Shown: in pieces, positions 48,882 through 62,162 of the stretch
How the letters are laid out: the number at the start of each line of letters is the position of its first letter
Numbering within the stretch: the stretch's first letter is position 1
NCBI GenBank assembly: GCA_951406725.2
Contig: OX597816.1
Span: 137,454,001 to 137,518,000 of the forward strand
From: Octopus vulgaris
Lineage: Eukaryota
Direction: 5' to 3'
Length of the DNA stretch: 64,000 nt
Program-made: the position numbers and the translations under genes
The notes under the pieces: model-generated
Databases searched by the model: none
Seen by the model: only the letters and a program-made list of their open reading frames with translations
Told to the model about the DNA's origin: nothing

Positions 48882-49459
48882 GTATGTGTGTGAGTGTGTA
48901 CAGTGGTGTTGGTAGAAATGTAGACTGTGTTGGCGCTGGAGATATTTCTGGTGTGTGCATGGAAGAGATGTTAGTGACGTAGTTAAGTGTGGTTTGGGTG
49001 GCGACGGAAAAGGTGGTTTGTCTGAAGTAGTTAGTGAAGGTAAACTCAGAAATTGAAAGCTAGCTGAGAAAGCTTATTGTTTTTATTTTTAATATTATTG
49101 TTTTTCCTATTTTCAATTTGGAACTTATCAAGTTGCTTATTTAATAGACATATGCCGTAGGAGCCATATTATTTGTCTGCTTCGATCTAGACAGTGATCG
49201 AATTAAATGGACTTAATCTGACAGATGCAATCTGCTTTAGGCCCTAAGCCAAAATGGCACATTTTAAAGCCACAAACACAGCCGACACTTCCACTCATCT
49301 TGCTTATATTGTTTGTCTTGTATTTTTCTACTCCACTCATTCACCATTTGCTCCGCCAACTAAGTTTGATGTCTTACAGCATACACATACCTAACTTGCA
49401 GACTTTCAGAGGCCAATTTTAAATGTAGTGTCTGTATTAGCTAAGAAGTCATTCTTTGT

Positions 49460-49540
<81 letters not shown>

Positions 49541-49722
49541 CTCTCTCTCTCCCTTTCACACACGCACACACTCTTAAACATACTTACCAACATAAATGTA
49601 CGCACTCATGCATGCCTGCATAACATATGTGTGTGTGTGTGTTTATATACATACATAACTATATGTGTATGCATGTGTGTATGTACGTGTATGTCAATGC
49701 GTCTATCTAAGGATAGATACCT

Positions 49723-49780
<58 letters not shown>

Positions 49781-50264
49781 ATCTATCTATCTATCACTAT
49801 CTATCACTCTATCTATCTATGTCTACATAGACAGAGGACACTATTCTAATATAGATGCGTTCAAGCATTCATTCACGTTTATACGCATGCATACATACAT
49901 ACATTCTTGAATGGATGTGTATATGAAAATGTACGTACCCCCCTCACACACATACACACAGGCACACACACACACACACACACTAAGGAAGAGAAGGATG
50001 AGCGACGGAAAAGATAAATACGTAGATAGATAGAAATAGGTAACACAGAGAGAAATACATATAAAGCATAAAGCGTTTTTGCACAACAGGAATATACACA
50101 ATGTACAATTAGACTAAACCTATGCATAGACGTAGAGACATAGCCAGATATACCAATAGAATTCAACAGACACATCCTACATACAAATATCAACTCCAAA
50201 CATAAAACCTAAAAGACGATATAGAAAAACAAATTTTTACACGTACGTACGTGAGCTGGAAAAA

Positions 50265-51080
50265 TTATTAGCAAGCAAGACAAAAATACTAAACGGTGTT
50301 CTTTTTGGCTTTATGTTCTGAGTTCAAATACCGCTGCGGTTGACTTAACCTGTCATTCTTTCGGAGTTGATGAAATATGTACCACTGGAGTACTCGAGTC
50401 GATGTAATAGATTTTACTCCTCCCCTAAAATTGCTGGCCTTGCGCCAAAATTTGAAGCCATTATATAACTAAATAGAAAGTCGATGAGGTGGCAGAATCG
50501 TGAGCCTGTCTGGCAAAATACTTAGCTACACTTCGTCCGTTTTTACGTTCTGAATTCAAAATCCCGCGGCTGTCGATTTTGCCAACCATTCTTTTGGGGT
50601 CAATAAATTAAGTACCAGCTGAGCACTGGGATCGATGCAGTCGATTTACCCCCTCTCCTAAAGAAGTTGCTGGCTTTGAACCAAAATCTGAAATCATCAT
50701 ACAACTAAATACCTTATCGATATACACTCACCCATGAGTTGGCAGAATCGTTAGAACACCAGACAGAATAATGAGCAGGATTTGTTCCGAATCTCTGCAT
50801 TCTGACTTCAAATTCTACCGAGGTCAACTTTGCTTTTATTCTTTCGAGGGGTGATTAAAAAACAACAGTCAGTGCGAATACCCCAAGGGTGGATTGGCGT
50901 CAGACTAGATGCAGTGCGTTCATTGTTCCGGCTCTTTGCGTTCTGAGTACAAGCCCTACCATAGGCTATTTGAGTGGTGGACTTAAAAGTCGCCCGGTTT
51001 AACAGCACCACTAGGGTGAGTTAGCGAAGTCTACTCAATTACAAGGATGTGGATTAGGTACCCAGTGTGAGAATACCTTC
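50265..51080 (+). mobile_element. Tandem cluster of SINE family B copies (~50265-50460, 50483-50698, 50735-50855) plus a related head at ~50890
   Basis: Repeated (G/A)TTCTGA(G/A/C)TTCAAA..G(T/G)TCGACTTT..AGTACCAG blocks. Confidence 0.75.
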
Positions 51081-51795
51081 CTTCTACTTTCCCACTAGTC
51101 TCACAGGGTCATACACGCACCTAAATAAATATGTATGTATTGCATGTCTCTCTCTCTCTCTCTCTCTCTTTGAAAGTCCATGTCTGTCTACCGAAATTTG
51201 CATACATACCCAAAATCGGTCCTGAATAATGAAAGAAGAAAAACACGGCACCGAAGGTCTCCATGGGACGATATAAGTGAATATGGTAATCTGCATGCTC
51301 AACGGTGTTCACACACACGCACATAGTTTTAAGTTGTATAAACTAATTCAAAGACAAAACAGCAGTTGACAGACATCATCATACACACGATTTTATTCGT
51401 GATGAAGTGTTGGAAACAGAAACCGGTAGCTATCAAAACTTTTTTTCTGTAAATTTCCTGGAGAAGGAGTCCTAACCCTCAAATATTGAAATACCAGGCA
51501 ATAGCACTAACCACCTACTTTTATCATTAATTTTTGCAACTTGCATTGTTAAAGCATAAGAAATATTCAAATCAACACACACATATATTCGTAAGCGTGA
51601 AAAAAACACGGCTTGGTTCTCAGACATTTGAAAGCAAAATCCTTGCTTCAGAATAATCCTGGAACTGGTTGTGTCTTTGACACGCCCAGGGAACTTACAG
51701 TAACACGGAGAGCTACGTCGGCTTGCTAACTTAATCAGCATAACACACGAAACTCTCGAACCTCAAGTCGCGCTCTTACTTCTGCATATATATAT

Positions 51796-51846
<51 letters not shown>

Positions 51847-52488
51847 TATATATATATATATATATATATGAATTCTATAATTATAACCATAATTATAATT
51901 AGGGCTCACCAAAATTTGCTTCACCACATACTGAACTTCAGAAATAGCAGTTAAATACTATTCCAACTACCAAGCGCCATCGAATAGCATATATCCCAAA
52001 ACCAGTACTTCCGAATTCAGACAGACGAATGAGATCTCGCATCCTTCCTCAATCAGCCACGTGTGCTATGAGTAATTCCGCAGAAATTGCAGTTTACTAT
52101 CAGGGAGTGAATTATATTACTAATAATAATAATAAAGGGTAAAAATTAATTAATTTATAATTATTAATTGATGAATTAATTTTACCCATTATATATATAT
52201 ATAAAATTATATACATTTAGAGAAGGAAAATGCAAACAGTCTATATAAATTTATATATTTTAAAGTATAAAATGTGATAGCCGACCAGTTTTGCGTTTCT
52301 CTAATCATGATACTAAATTTGGGGAAATATTGTAATTTCGTATTTTCCATGTTGCATGCATGATAGTTTGTTTGTAAATGAATCACCATGTAGAAAAAAA
52401 TCTAGCGGGAGGTAATTGGTAATTGTTATTATTCGGGACAGAGGAGGTAATTGTGGTGAGGAGAAAATTTATAAAGTAGCGAGATAAG

Positions 52489-52558
<70 letters not shown>

Positions 52559-52569
52559 GTGTGGATACT

Positions 52570-53376
52570 GCAGTACCGAACTGAAATCAATACAGCAGTT
52601 TACATACCTGGGCTGCATCATCTCATTCGATGCAAGGATCGACAAAGAAATTGAAAATAGACTCTCTAAGGCAAATAGGTCCTTTGGCAGATTGTACAAA
52701 CGTGTTTGGCACAATAATATAATCTGAAGAACAAAACAAAGATCAGTGTCTACAGGGCCGTGGTTCTCACCACTCTTCAGAGACTTGGATCAAATACCGC
52801 AGCCACATCCGTCTCCTCGAGCGCTTCCACCAACGATGTCACCGCACCATCCTCAACATTCACTGTAGTGACTTCGTCACAAACATTGAAGTCTTGGAGC
52901 GGGCCGAGATCCCCAGCATTGAAGCCATGCTACCGAAGTCCCACCTCCGATGGGCAGGGCATGTCTCCAGAATGGAGAACCATCGCCTTCCAAAGATTGC
53001 CCTGTTTGGCGAACTCTCCACCAGCCACTTTGTGAGAGGAGCTCCGAGGAAGCGCTACAAAGACTGCCTCAAGAAGTCTCTAAAAGCATGTCATATTAAC
53101 CACCAATGCTGTTCAGACCTGGCTGCGGACCGTGATGTTTAGTGCCACACAATCTTCAACGCATTCAGCAAGTTTGAGGAACAAAGAAGAGACGCGGTTA
53201 AAGACAAGAGACGCAGGAGGAAGGCACGAGTCGCCTCTGACACCACACCAGATGTTACCTTCGTCTGTGGGCACTGCTCACGGACCTGTCTTTCCTGTAT
53301 CGGACTTGTCAGTCATGAGCGTGCATGCACGCAATGTGGACAGCCTTCCTGATCTTCGTTCGCGAAGCTGAGCCAT

Positions 53377-53378
<2 letters not shown>
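52570..53378 (+). mobile_element. 5'-truncated RTE-clade LINE (BovB/AviRTE-like 3' region)
   Basis: [66 protein letters not shown]; 3' end ATCTTCGTTCGCGAAGCTGAGCCATGA then (CA)n. Confidence 0.92.
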
Positions 53379-53464
<86 letters not shown>

Positions 53465-53547
53465 CTTGGAAATGGAAGCTTGGCGTTCAATTAAATAATA
53501 ATGATAAATATCTATATATGCATATGTATACATACACTCCCCCCCCC

Positions 53548-53602
<55 letters not shown>

Positions 53603-54426
53603 AATACAAAAAAGGTCAAGAAAACACAAGGAGTTTTCTTTCTTCAGTCATGTTCCAGATTATCTTTGCAATTTCGGCTGGTTATATTCGAGATTGCTCC
53701 AAACTGGCCAGCCCCAAGGAAAAACCAAACTAAGAGCACTAGATTCCTTGGAAGAAAGCAACGAATGTATGCGAAAATAAGGACGGAAAAAACGGAGAAA
53801 TGGTGCACAAACACAACTGCAAATAAGAGGACATTAACAACAGATGTCTTTCAACTAAGGACGAATTATATTAAGCTGGAGCGTGTGGAAGTGAAGTTTT
53901 ACGGCAGGGACATAAGGAATGACAGGCATGGAGAGGGATATAGATAATGCACGGATGGTAGTCGAACCAAGAAAGAAAGGTCAGGCTTGGCCGAACACCG
54001 TTCACGTGGAGTAAGAGGTAGAGGAAGGGGGATAGAAGAATTAGGGAGGGACGACGAAAAGAGACAAGAGACAGAGTGAAGTGAAAGAGGAGGGAAGGTG
54101 AGAATGTGAGAGAGGGGGAACGAAAGAAAGAAGAGTGGAAAGAACGAAGTGTTAGGGGGCTGATAGAAAGAAAGAAAGACTGCAAGAATAAGAGAGTCGT
54201 ACAAAATTTAGATATATATAATAGAATATATATATAAAAAAAAAGGACTGAGAAATCTAAGAATAAGGACGTAGTGTAAAGAACCTAGCTACAATGCTTC
54301 CCAGGTAATCAAACGAAATATTAGGCTAAATAATTGTTGAAATGTAGTAAAACTATATTTTACGAAATCAATGGTAATTATAAATGAAAGAATGAAGGTG
54401 AAAAAAAGAGATGTGTGTGTGTATGT

Positions 54427-54462
<36 letters not shown>

Positions 54463-54699
54463 AACATATTATACGACTAAACGCACGCACCCTATTAAGT
54501 AAGATTGTTCTGTTTATCAAGTTCGCCTTGATATTAACTCTCACGCGACTCTGCATCTTTCTTTCTTTCTCTCCCATTCCCTTTTTCGTCTTTTTTTCCC
54601 TCACTTAACTTGTCTCTTCCTCTCTCTCTCCCCCTCACTGTTCTTCATGGTCTCCTCGCACCATTCCCCTTCTTCTCTCTCTTCCTCTTGCTCCTCCTC

Positions 54700-55287
54700 C
54701 CCCATTCCCGTCGTCCATCTGCGACGTACTTCCGTCGTAACTGCTATCCCGTCCTTTCTCGCCTGCCTTCTAAGGCCACTGGTCGACATCTTCCTCTCTC
54801 GTCGTCCACTATAATCCAGCGTTTGCAATACTTTTTTCGTCTGGCGTTAACAGCCCTTCTTATCATGTTCTCCTTGTCCTGTCTCTCACTGTTATATATT
54901 TATTTTTCCACTGTTTATATATATATTTTTTTTACTGTTTATATGTTTGTACTGTCGTTACCGTCTTGCTTTTTTTACCCCTCTGCGAAAAGATCTCAGA
55001 ATTTTAATTGATTTGCTTTTCGCAGGAAGGAATTTTTCATTCGAAGTATACGTCTCGCTTTTATCCTTCGAAACGTTTAGTAGATGAAACTTTAGCGACT
55101 GAAGAAGGGGATTTTTCGTTGTGCTTATTGTCCTGTATCTCCTTTTTTTGCCTGTCTTGTTCCTTGGTTTGTGTCTATGTTTTTCGTCTCTCTATGTGTT
55201 CGACGTCTTTTTGGTGTCCTATACACATATATGCGTGTATATGTACATGTAGAGGTAGGTACGTACATATATGTTTATATATATGCA

Positions 55288-55295
<8 letters not shown>
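54700..55295 (+). repeat. Unclassified TA-tailed interspersed repeat
   Basis: Homologous to 34950-35412 in the opposite orientation. Confidence 0.6.
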
Positions 55296-55355
<60 letters not shown>

Positions 55356-55378
55356 ATATATATATGTATGTATGTATG

Positions 55379-55421
<43 letters not shown>

Positions 55422-55468
55422 ATGTGCATATATCTATATGAATATAAGATGTATATATATACATATAT

Positions 55469-55533
<65 letters not shown>

Positions 55534-56111
55534 GAGAGAGAGAGATTTAAATATGTAGAAATGTTGGGTGACTGGGGGATACGTATATAATTAAGTTAAT
55601 TAGAGATGAAATTTAATAAAAAAAACAATAATTAGTTCAACAGAAATTAATTATGCATGTAATATGAGACGTTAAAAATAGAGAATAATGAGGAAACGAT
55701 TCATTAACATTGTATGTTATGTGAGTTATCTAAGGGAAATTTTAAAAAAAAACGTTTTATTGAACCGGTGGGAACAACAGATCAATAATGCATTTCAATT
55801 AATAATATGACTAGACTTATATATCTTAGGATTTCGTATGCCTCCATAGAACGCGAATTACAACTCCCGTTGCTCCTTTATACGGAAGTGTGGTACGCAC
55901 AACCGACTACGAAACAACGTATTTAATATTCTTTTCCAGGAGGTCCCGAATTCACTATATTTAATGCAGGAGCCAGATCTGCCACTCTGACTCACTTCAA
56001 ACTCTTCCAATCAGCGTATTCATTAGCAAGGACACAACACTCTTGGATTATTTGGAACAGTAGAGCTTTCTGTATCTGTTGCTCACAGTGTGCGAGTCTG
56101 TCCATCTATCA

Positions 56112-56218
<107 letters not shown>

Positions 56219-56259
56219 CATCCATCCATCCATCCATCCATCCATCCATCTATCTATCT

Positions 56260-56872
<613 letters not shown>

Positions 56873-57147
56873 GTCTGTCTGTCATTTATCTTTTTTAGCT
56901 TTTACTTGTTTCAGTCACTAGACTGCAGCCATGCAGAAGCACGGCCTTCCAGAATTTTTAGTCGAATGTGTCGACCCTTGATGAAATTGCAGCGACTAGG
57001 ATGCATAATTGCACACAGGGCAATATACAGTTACTGCAGCAGAAACGTATGTTAGTCATTGTTATGTATGATGCCAAAACTTTTTAATATAAAAGTTTTG
57101 GATGCGAATAAACCTCCACACTCCTCTTGGTCTTTTACATCTCTCTC

Positions 57148-57205
<58 letters not shown>

Positions 57206-57840
57206 CGCATAAATGCGTCTATGGAGTTTTTACGTATACACATACACTTTCATACAAACTTATATGTGTATGTATGCATGTATGTATGTATATACAGACA
57301 CACACACACACATACACATGCACTCGCACATGTTTGTAATTTATACGCATTTATTGTATATGCATAAGTGATATATATATGTATGTATATATATACATAC
57401 ACACGCAGAAAAAAAACCTTAGCTGCCTGTGTATATAGTTATATATGATTCTATGTTTATGTGTATGTATTCAAGTAAACGTCTACGTATATTCGTGAGC
57501 ATGCTGCACATGTGTACACAAACAAACACACACACACACACACACATACACACACATTCTCTCTCTCTCTCTCTCCCACACGTGCACACACGCCCGAACG
57601 CACATACATGCGCACGCACGCACGCACTCACATGCGCACGCACATTTATATATACACATAACCACTGTTCCCTCCTATTCACGAGAGTTATACATTCCGA
57701 AAAACTGTTTCTGCTAATGGAGCGGAAGTGACCTTTTGTAGGGTGTCAATGTCACCAGTTTGTTTTTTATCAAAACTTTATTTTTCTATTTTCTCCTTTT
57801 TTTACTTTTTCGTTTTGTTTATTTGACATGAAAGCTGTTG

Positions 57841-57951
<111 letters not shown>

Positions 57952-57953
57952 AG

Positions 57954-57995
<42 letters not shown>

Positions 57996-59128
57996 ATGTA
58001 TATATGCCTATATATATATGTATATATATGTATATATATATATATATATACATATACATACATACATACATATATATACATATATACATATATATATATA
58101 TATCAAAAGGACAATTCCATGAAAGAAAACAACAAAGTGTCTTAAACAGAGAAAAAAAAGGTAAAAATCTAAGTAACGGAAAGAGTTATCTGAAATAAAA
58201 TAAAATATTTTAAATAGATGTTGTCTTGATTTATTGTTTGTAGGATTAGTAGGAAATTTTATTTTTATTACTCACTGATCTCTTCTAACAGAGTTCATCT
58301 CAGTAGCTATTCTCGCAAAAACGTCCCTCACAATTCCAAAAAGGAAGAAAAATAAAAGAATACATAAAAAATATTTTGGTGAAAAAAAAAAAGACTGAAC
58401 TGAAGAAAAAGACCATCAACTGTTTTCCACTCTACTCATTTTTTTTTTCCATTTCCTAATATTTTCAGAGTTTCCATAGAATTTAACAAGAATTTTGTTT
58501 TAACATTTGGATGTTTTATTTTATTTTATAAGCTTACCATTATATTTTGCATTAGTTTCTTCACTAGAAGTGGTTCATCCATTAACTTCAGGTTCCGTAA
58601 GTGATTTCAGGTAAGGGGTCAATCTTTAGTCATTTAGATTCTAAAGAAAGCGAATCGGTGTTAAGGAAAGGGCGGATGTTATTAAACTGAGAGCTGCTTG
58701 ATGAAGAAATCTTTGTTCCAAGAGGGAACAGATGTATCCGGGCTCCCACCTTCCATTTTTGAAATGCTGTTAAAAGTTACTTTAAGGTGGAAATCTAACT
58801 AATGCTTATTTCTGTGCTTTTGGGATAAAATATAATAACCTTGGAATAACTTTAGGAATAAATCTCGAAAATATATTTGAAATCTAGAAATAAATCTAGG
58901 TTAAGTATTATGATCGGAAGATGTTAAATGTCAGATGTAAAAAAACATAAAACTACTATATTACAATTTAGTGCTAATTAAGGTTGTGGTGTTCATACTC
59001 TTTTCAAGAAAGTGTCTTTAACTGAGTACTGAAACCGTGACATTGTTTCGCCTGCCCATTTTCCTTTTAAGCACACGTCCACTCAGTTACATATATGCAC
59101 ATATACTTAACAAACACACACACGCGCG

Positions 59129-59198
<70 letters not shown>

Positions 59199-59424
59199 AA
59201 CACAAGTAGAATTGAATATATTAACTACAGAACCCAGAGTTTCGTGCATGGCTCTTATAAAACAAGAATTTCAAGTCAGTTTGAGTAGCATGCACGAAAT
59301 TCTCGCCTCATAAATGTATTTGATGAGAAATAAAAATGAGTATGTTTGTACATACATACATACATACATACATACATACATACATACATACATACATACA
59401 TACATACATACATACACACACACA

Positions 59425-60684
59425 CAGAGGGGTTAATCGAAACACCTTAAAATTTCAAACAAATTTATTTTAATATGAGGTAGGACCGCCTTTGGCAGTA
59501 ATTACAGCTTGAATTCTACGAGGTATAAACTTGCACAAAGTTTGAATTGTTTCCAAAGGACTTTTTGTCCATTCTTCAGCTAAAACAGTCTCCAGTTCTT
59601 GAAGTGATGATGGTGGAGGATATCGACCCCTTACTTGTTTTTCTAAAATTCACCATAAATGTTCAATAATATTGAGATCTGGGGACTGTGGTGGCCAGAT
59701 AAGATGTTCAACTTCACCAGAATGTTCCTTATACTATTCAGTAATAACTTTAGCTGTGTGAATTGGTGCATAATCATCCTGAAAGATTGCGTTTCCCTCC
59801 GGAAACAGTTCCACAATCATAGGATGAATTTGATCAGGTAAAATGCTTAAATAGTCTTGTCTATTAATTCTGCCATGAAGGGAAACCATCGGGCCGGCGG
59901 ATTTCGAAGATATAGACCCCACTCCAGATCATCACAGATCCTCCTCCATGTTTAACAGTTGGAAGAAGGCAGTCTGGGTCAAATGCTTCTTTTAGCTGTC
60001 TCCACACGGATACTCGGCCGGTGGTCGGAAATAAGGTAAAGGATGACTCGTCCAACAAAATAACATTCTTCCACAGCTCTAGGGACCAATTCTGTAGGTT
60101 TTTACTCCACTATAAACGCTTTGCAACGTTTGTTTTCGAAAGTGGTGGTTTTCTGATTGCAGCCCTCCTGTGAAATCCGGCTTTGTGCAGTTCCCGGCGA
60201 ACAGTTTTTGTGGAAACTGTATTCCGAATTTGTCATTAGGTTCTGCAGTAATTTTGGGAGCTGTACTTTTATGATCCTTTCTAACAATGCGTGTAAGAGT
60301 CCGACGGTCCCTATCTGAAAGTTTTGGTTTTCTTCCGGAGTTTTATTTCGACGAGGAGGTTTCTCCCCCTTTCTCAAAGGTTGTCATTACTTTCGAGATA
60401 GTACTTCTTGATACGCCAAACATTTCGGCTGTTTTCGTTACGCTAGCGCCTACCATACGAGCATCATCAATTTGACCTCTTTTAAAGTCCGAGAGATCTG
60501 TCATTTTCATGGATTTTAATTACCTTTTTCTGATGATATCTCAAAAGAAACAGCAATTTTAGCAAAACATATTAAGCAACACTAATAATAAAACAAAAAA
60601 ACAAAAATAAACAAGTTTTTGATGGTTTTATAGATATTTCAAAATTATGATGCTAGGCGTTTCCATTATTTTGTCCAACCCTTA
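59425..60684 (-). mobile_element. Near full-length Tc1 (DD34E-type) transposon, decayed
   Basis: Short TIRs (GGGTTGGACAAAATAATGGAAAC.CCT; left copy partly deleted) around a transposase pseudogene. Confidence 0.93.
59470..60504 (-). pseudogene. Tc1 transposase pseudogene
   Basis: MTDLSDFKRGQI, SGRKPKL, DESSF, KHGGGSVMIW, FQDDYAPIH, WPPQSPDLNIIEHLW, AKGGPT; stops and frameshifts. Confidence 0.92.
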
Positions 60685-61559
60685 TACAGGTAAGATTCCA
60701 AATTAGGCTGGTAGGGATATACAATCCTAGCACTTTTACCGGTTAATAATGTTGACTGAACGCGGTGAGTGTAGAAAGACTCCAGTTAGTTTTATTTTAC
60801 CACCCTCAGTAGATCTTCACATCGGTAAATCCATGTTTCTATAGAGACTGCATGTTGTCGGTAGAGAAGAAATTACAAATTAATAATAAGAACAGAGATT
60901 TATATATCCAGTTTTATTCTGCTGTTATTCAGATCTTTCCTTCATACATTTCTCAGAAGTTTAGTATATTCTTAGCTACAATAGCGACAACATGGATTTT
61001 TTTCTTTTGATTTATTAGAGAATTTGAGTAATATTATATTAATGTGTCTGACGGATTAAAATTCTATTTATTTGTACAGCTGAGGATATCCCTGCATTGA
61101 AATTGATGTAATGATTACATTGTTCAATTAAATGGAGTCGCTTGAAACGGTCGTACTGCATCACTTCTTGATATCCCGTTCCTTATTATGATTTTATATG
61201 ATTGATTCTAGTTTCAGCTTATGAGCTGTGGCCATATATATATTCGCGTGGAGCCCAAGAACTTCTAGATACATCCTAAATTATGGTGCGGGTGGAGAGA
61301 AGTTCGAATTTTAAATTAAACAGTAAGAAAGAAGATGCACAGATCAAAACGCCAAATTTGAGAAAAAAAGACCAATGGATGCCATTTGTTCAACTACACC
61401 CCTCAGTTCCCCCGCATGGCTGCAGTCCAATGAATAAAATAAGTAAAAGATGAAAGACTCATACATATTCTTTCTCTTATAGTTTAACATTGTTTTAGTT
61501 ATAAATTGGGGATGGGTTTTAGTCAATCAGTTCAAACTAATACTAATTTCAATCTGCTG

Positions 61560-61848
61560 TTTATTCTATGTTACTCTTTTCGCTACGTTACCTGGACGCA
61601 AACAAGCTAACATCGGTTGTCAAGCGGTGAAAGGCTAACACAATTCGAAAGATGTGTGCTAGCGTGTACTCGCGTGCGTATATAGACGATTGGCTTCCTC
61701 ACTGTTTCTGTCCATCAACGTCGTTGACAAGGTCTTGTCAACCCGGTGCTATAGAAGATGACACTTGATGTTGCCGCTCAGTGGAACTGAACCCCGAAAC
61801 CACATGACTACGAAGCGTATTTCTTCGCCACATAGCCATACAGGAGCC
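61560..61848 (-). mobile_element. SINE family A (old); 3' fragment on + at ~61345-61452
   Basis: Degenerate match to the consensus. Confidence 0.7.
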
Positions 61849-61849
61849 A

Positions 61850-61880
<31 letters not shown>

Positions 61881-61990
61881 TGTATGTATGTATGTATGTA
61901 TGTATGTATGTATGCATGCATGCATGCATGTCTGTCTGTCTGTCTGTCTGTCTGTATGTCTGTATGTATGTATGTATGCGTATGTATGTA

Positions 61991-62075
<85 letters not shown>

Positions 62076-62162
62076 TTTTCTGGCTTTGGAGTTCTTTTAA
62101 CTCTTATTTTTAGCAAAAGAGGTGCTAGTCAGTACCTTCTGTCACTTTTATGACCTCTATTT

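Noticed and set aside
55060-55115. Permuted (type II) hammerhead candidate CCTTCGAAAC...CTGAAGAAGG (also ~35115-35162 and ~53640-53680, minus)
   Set aside because: Core-like words are present but no convincing stem I can be formed in any copy; left as an unclassified repeat.
55939-56100. Plus-strand acceptor TTCTTTTCCAG followed by ~55 open codons
   Set aside because: No recognisable protein and no clear donor before the microsatellite.
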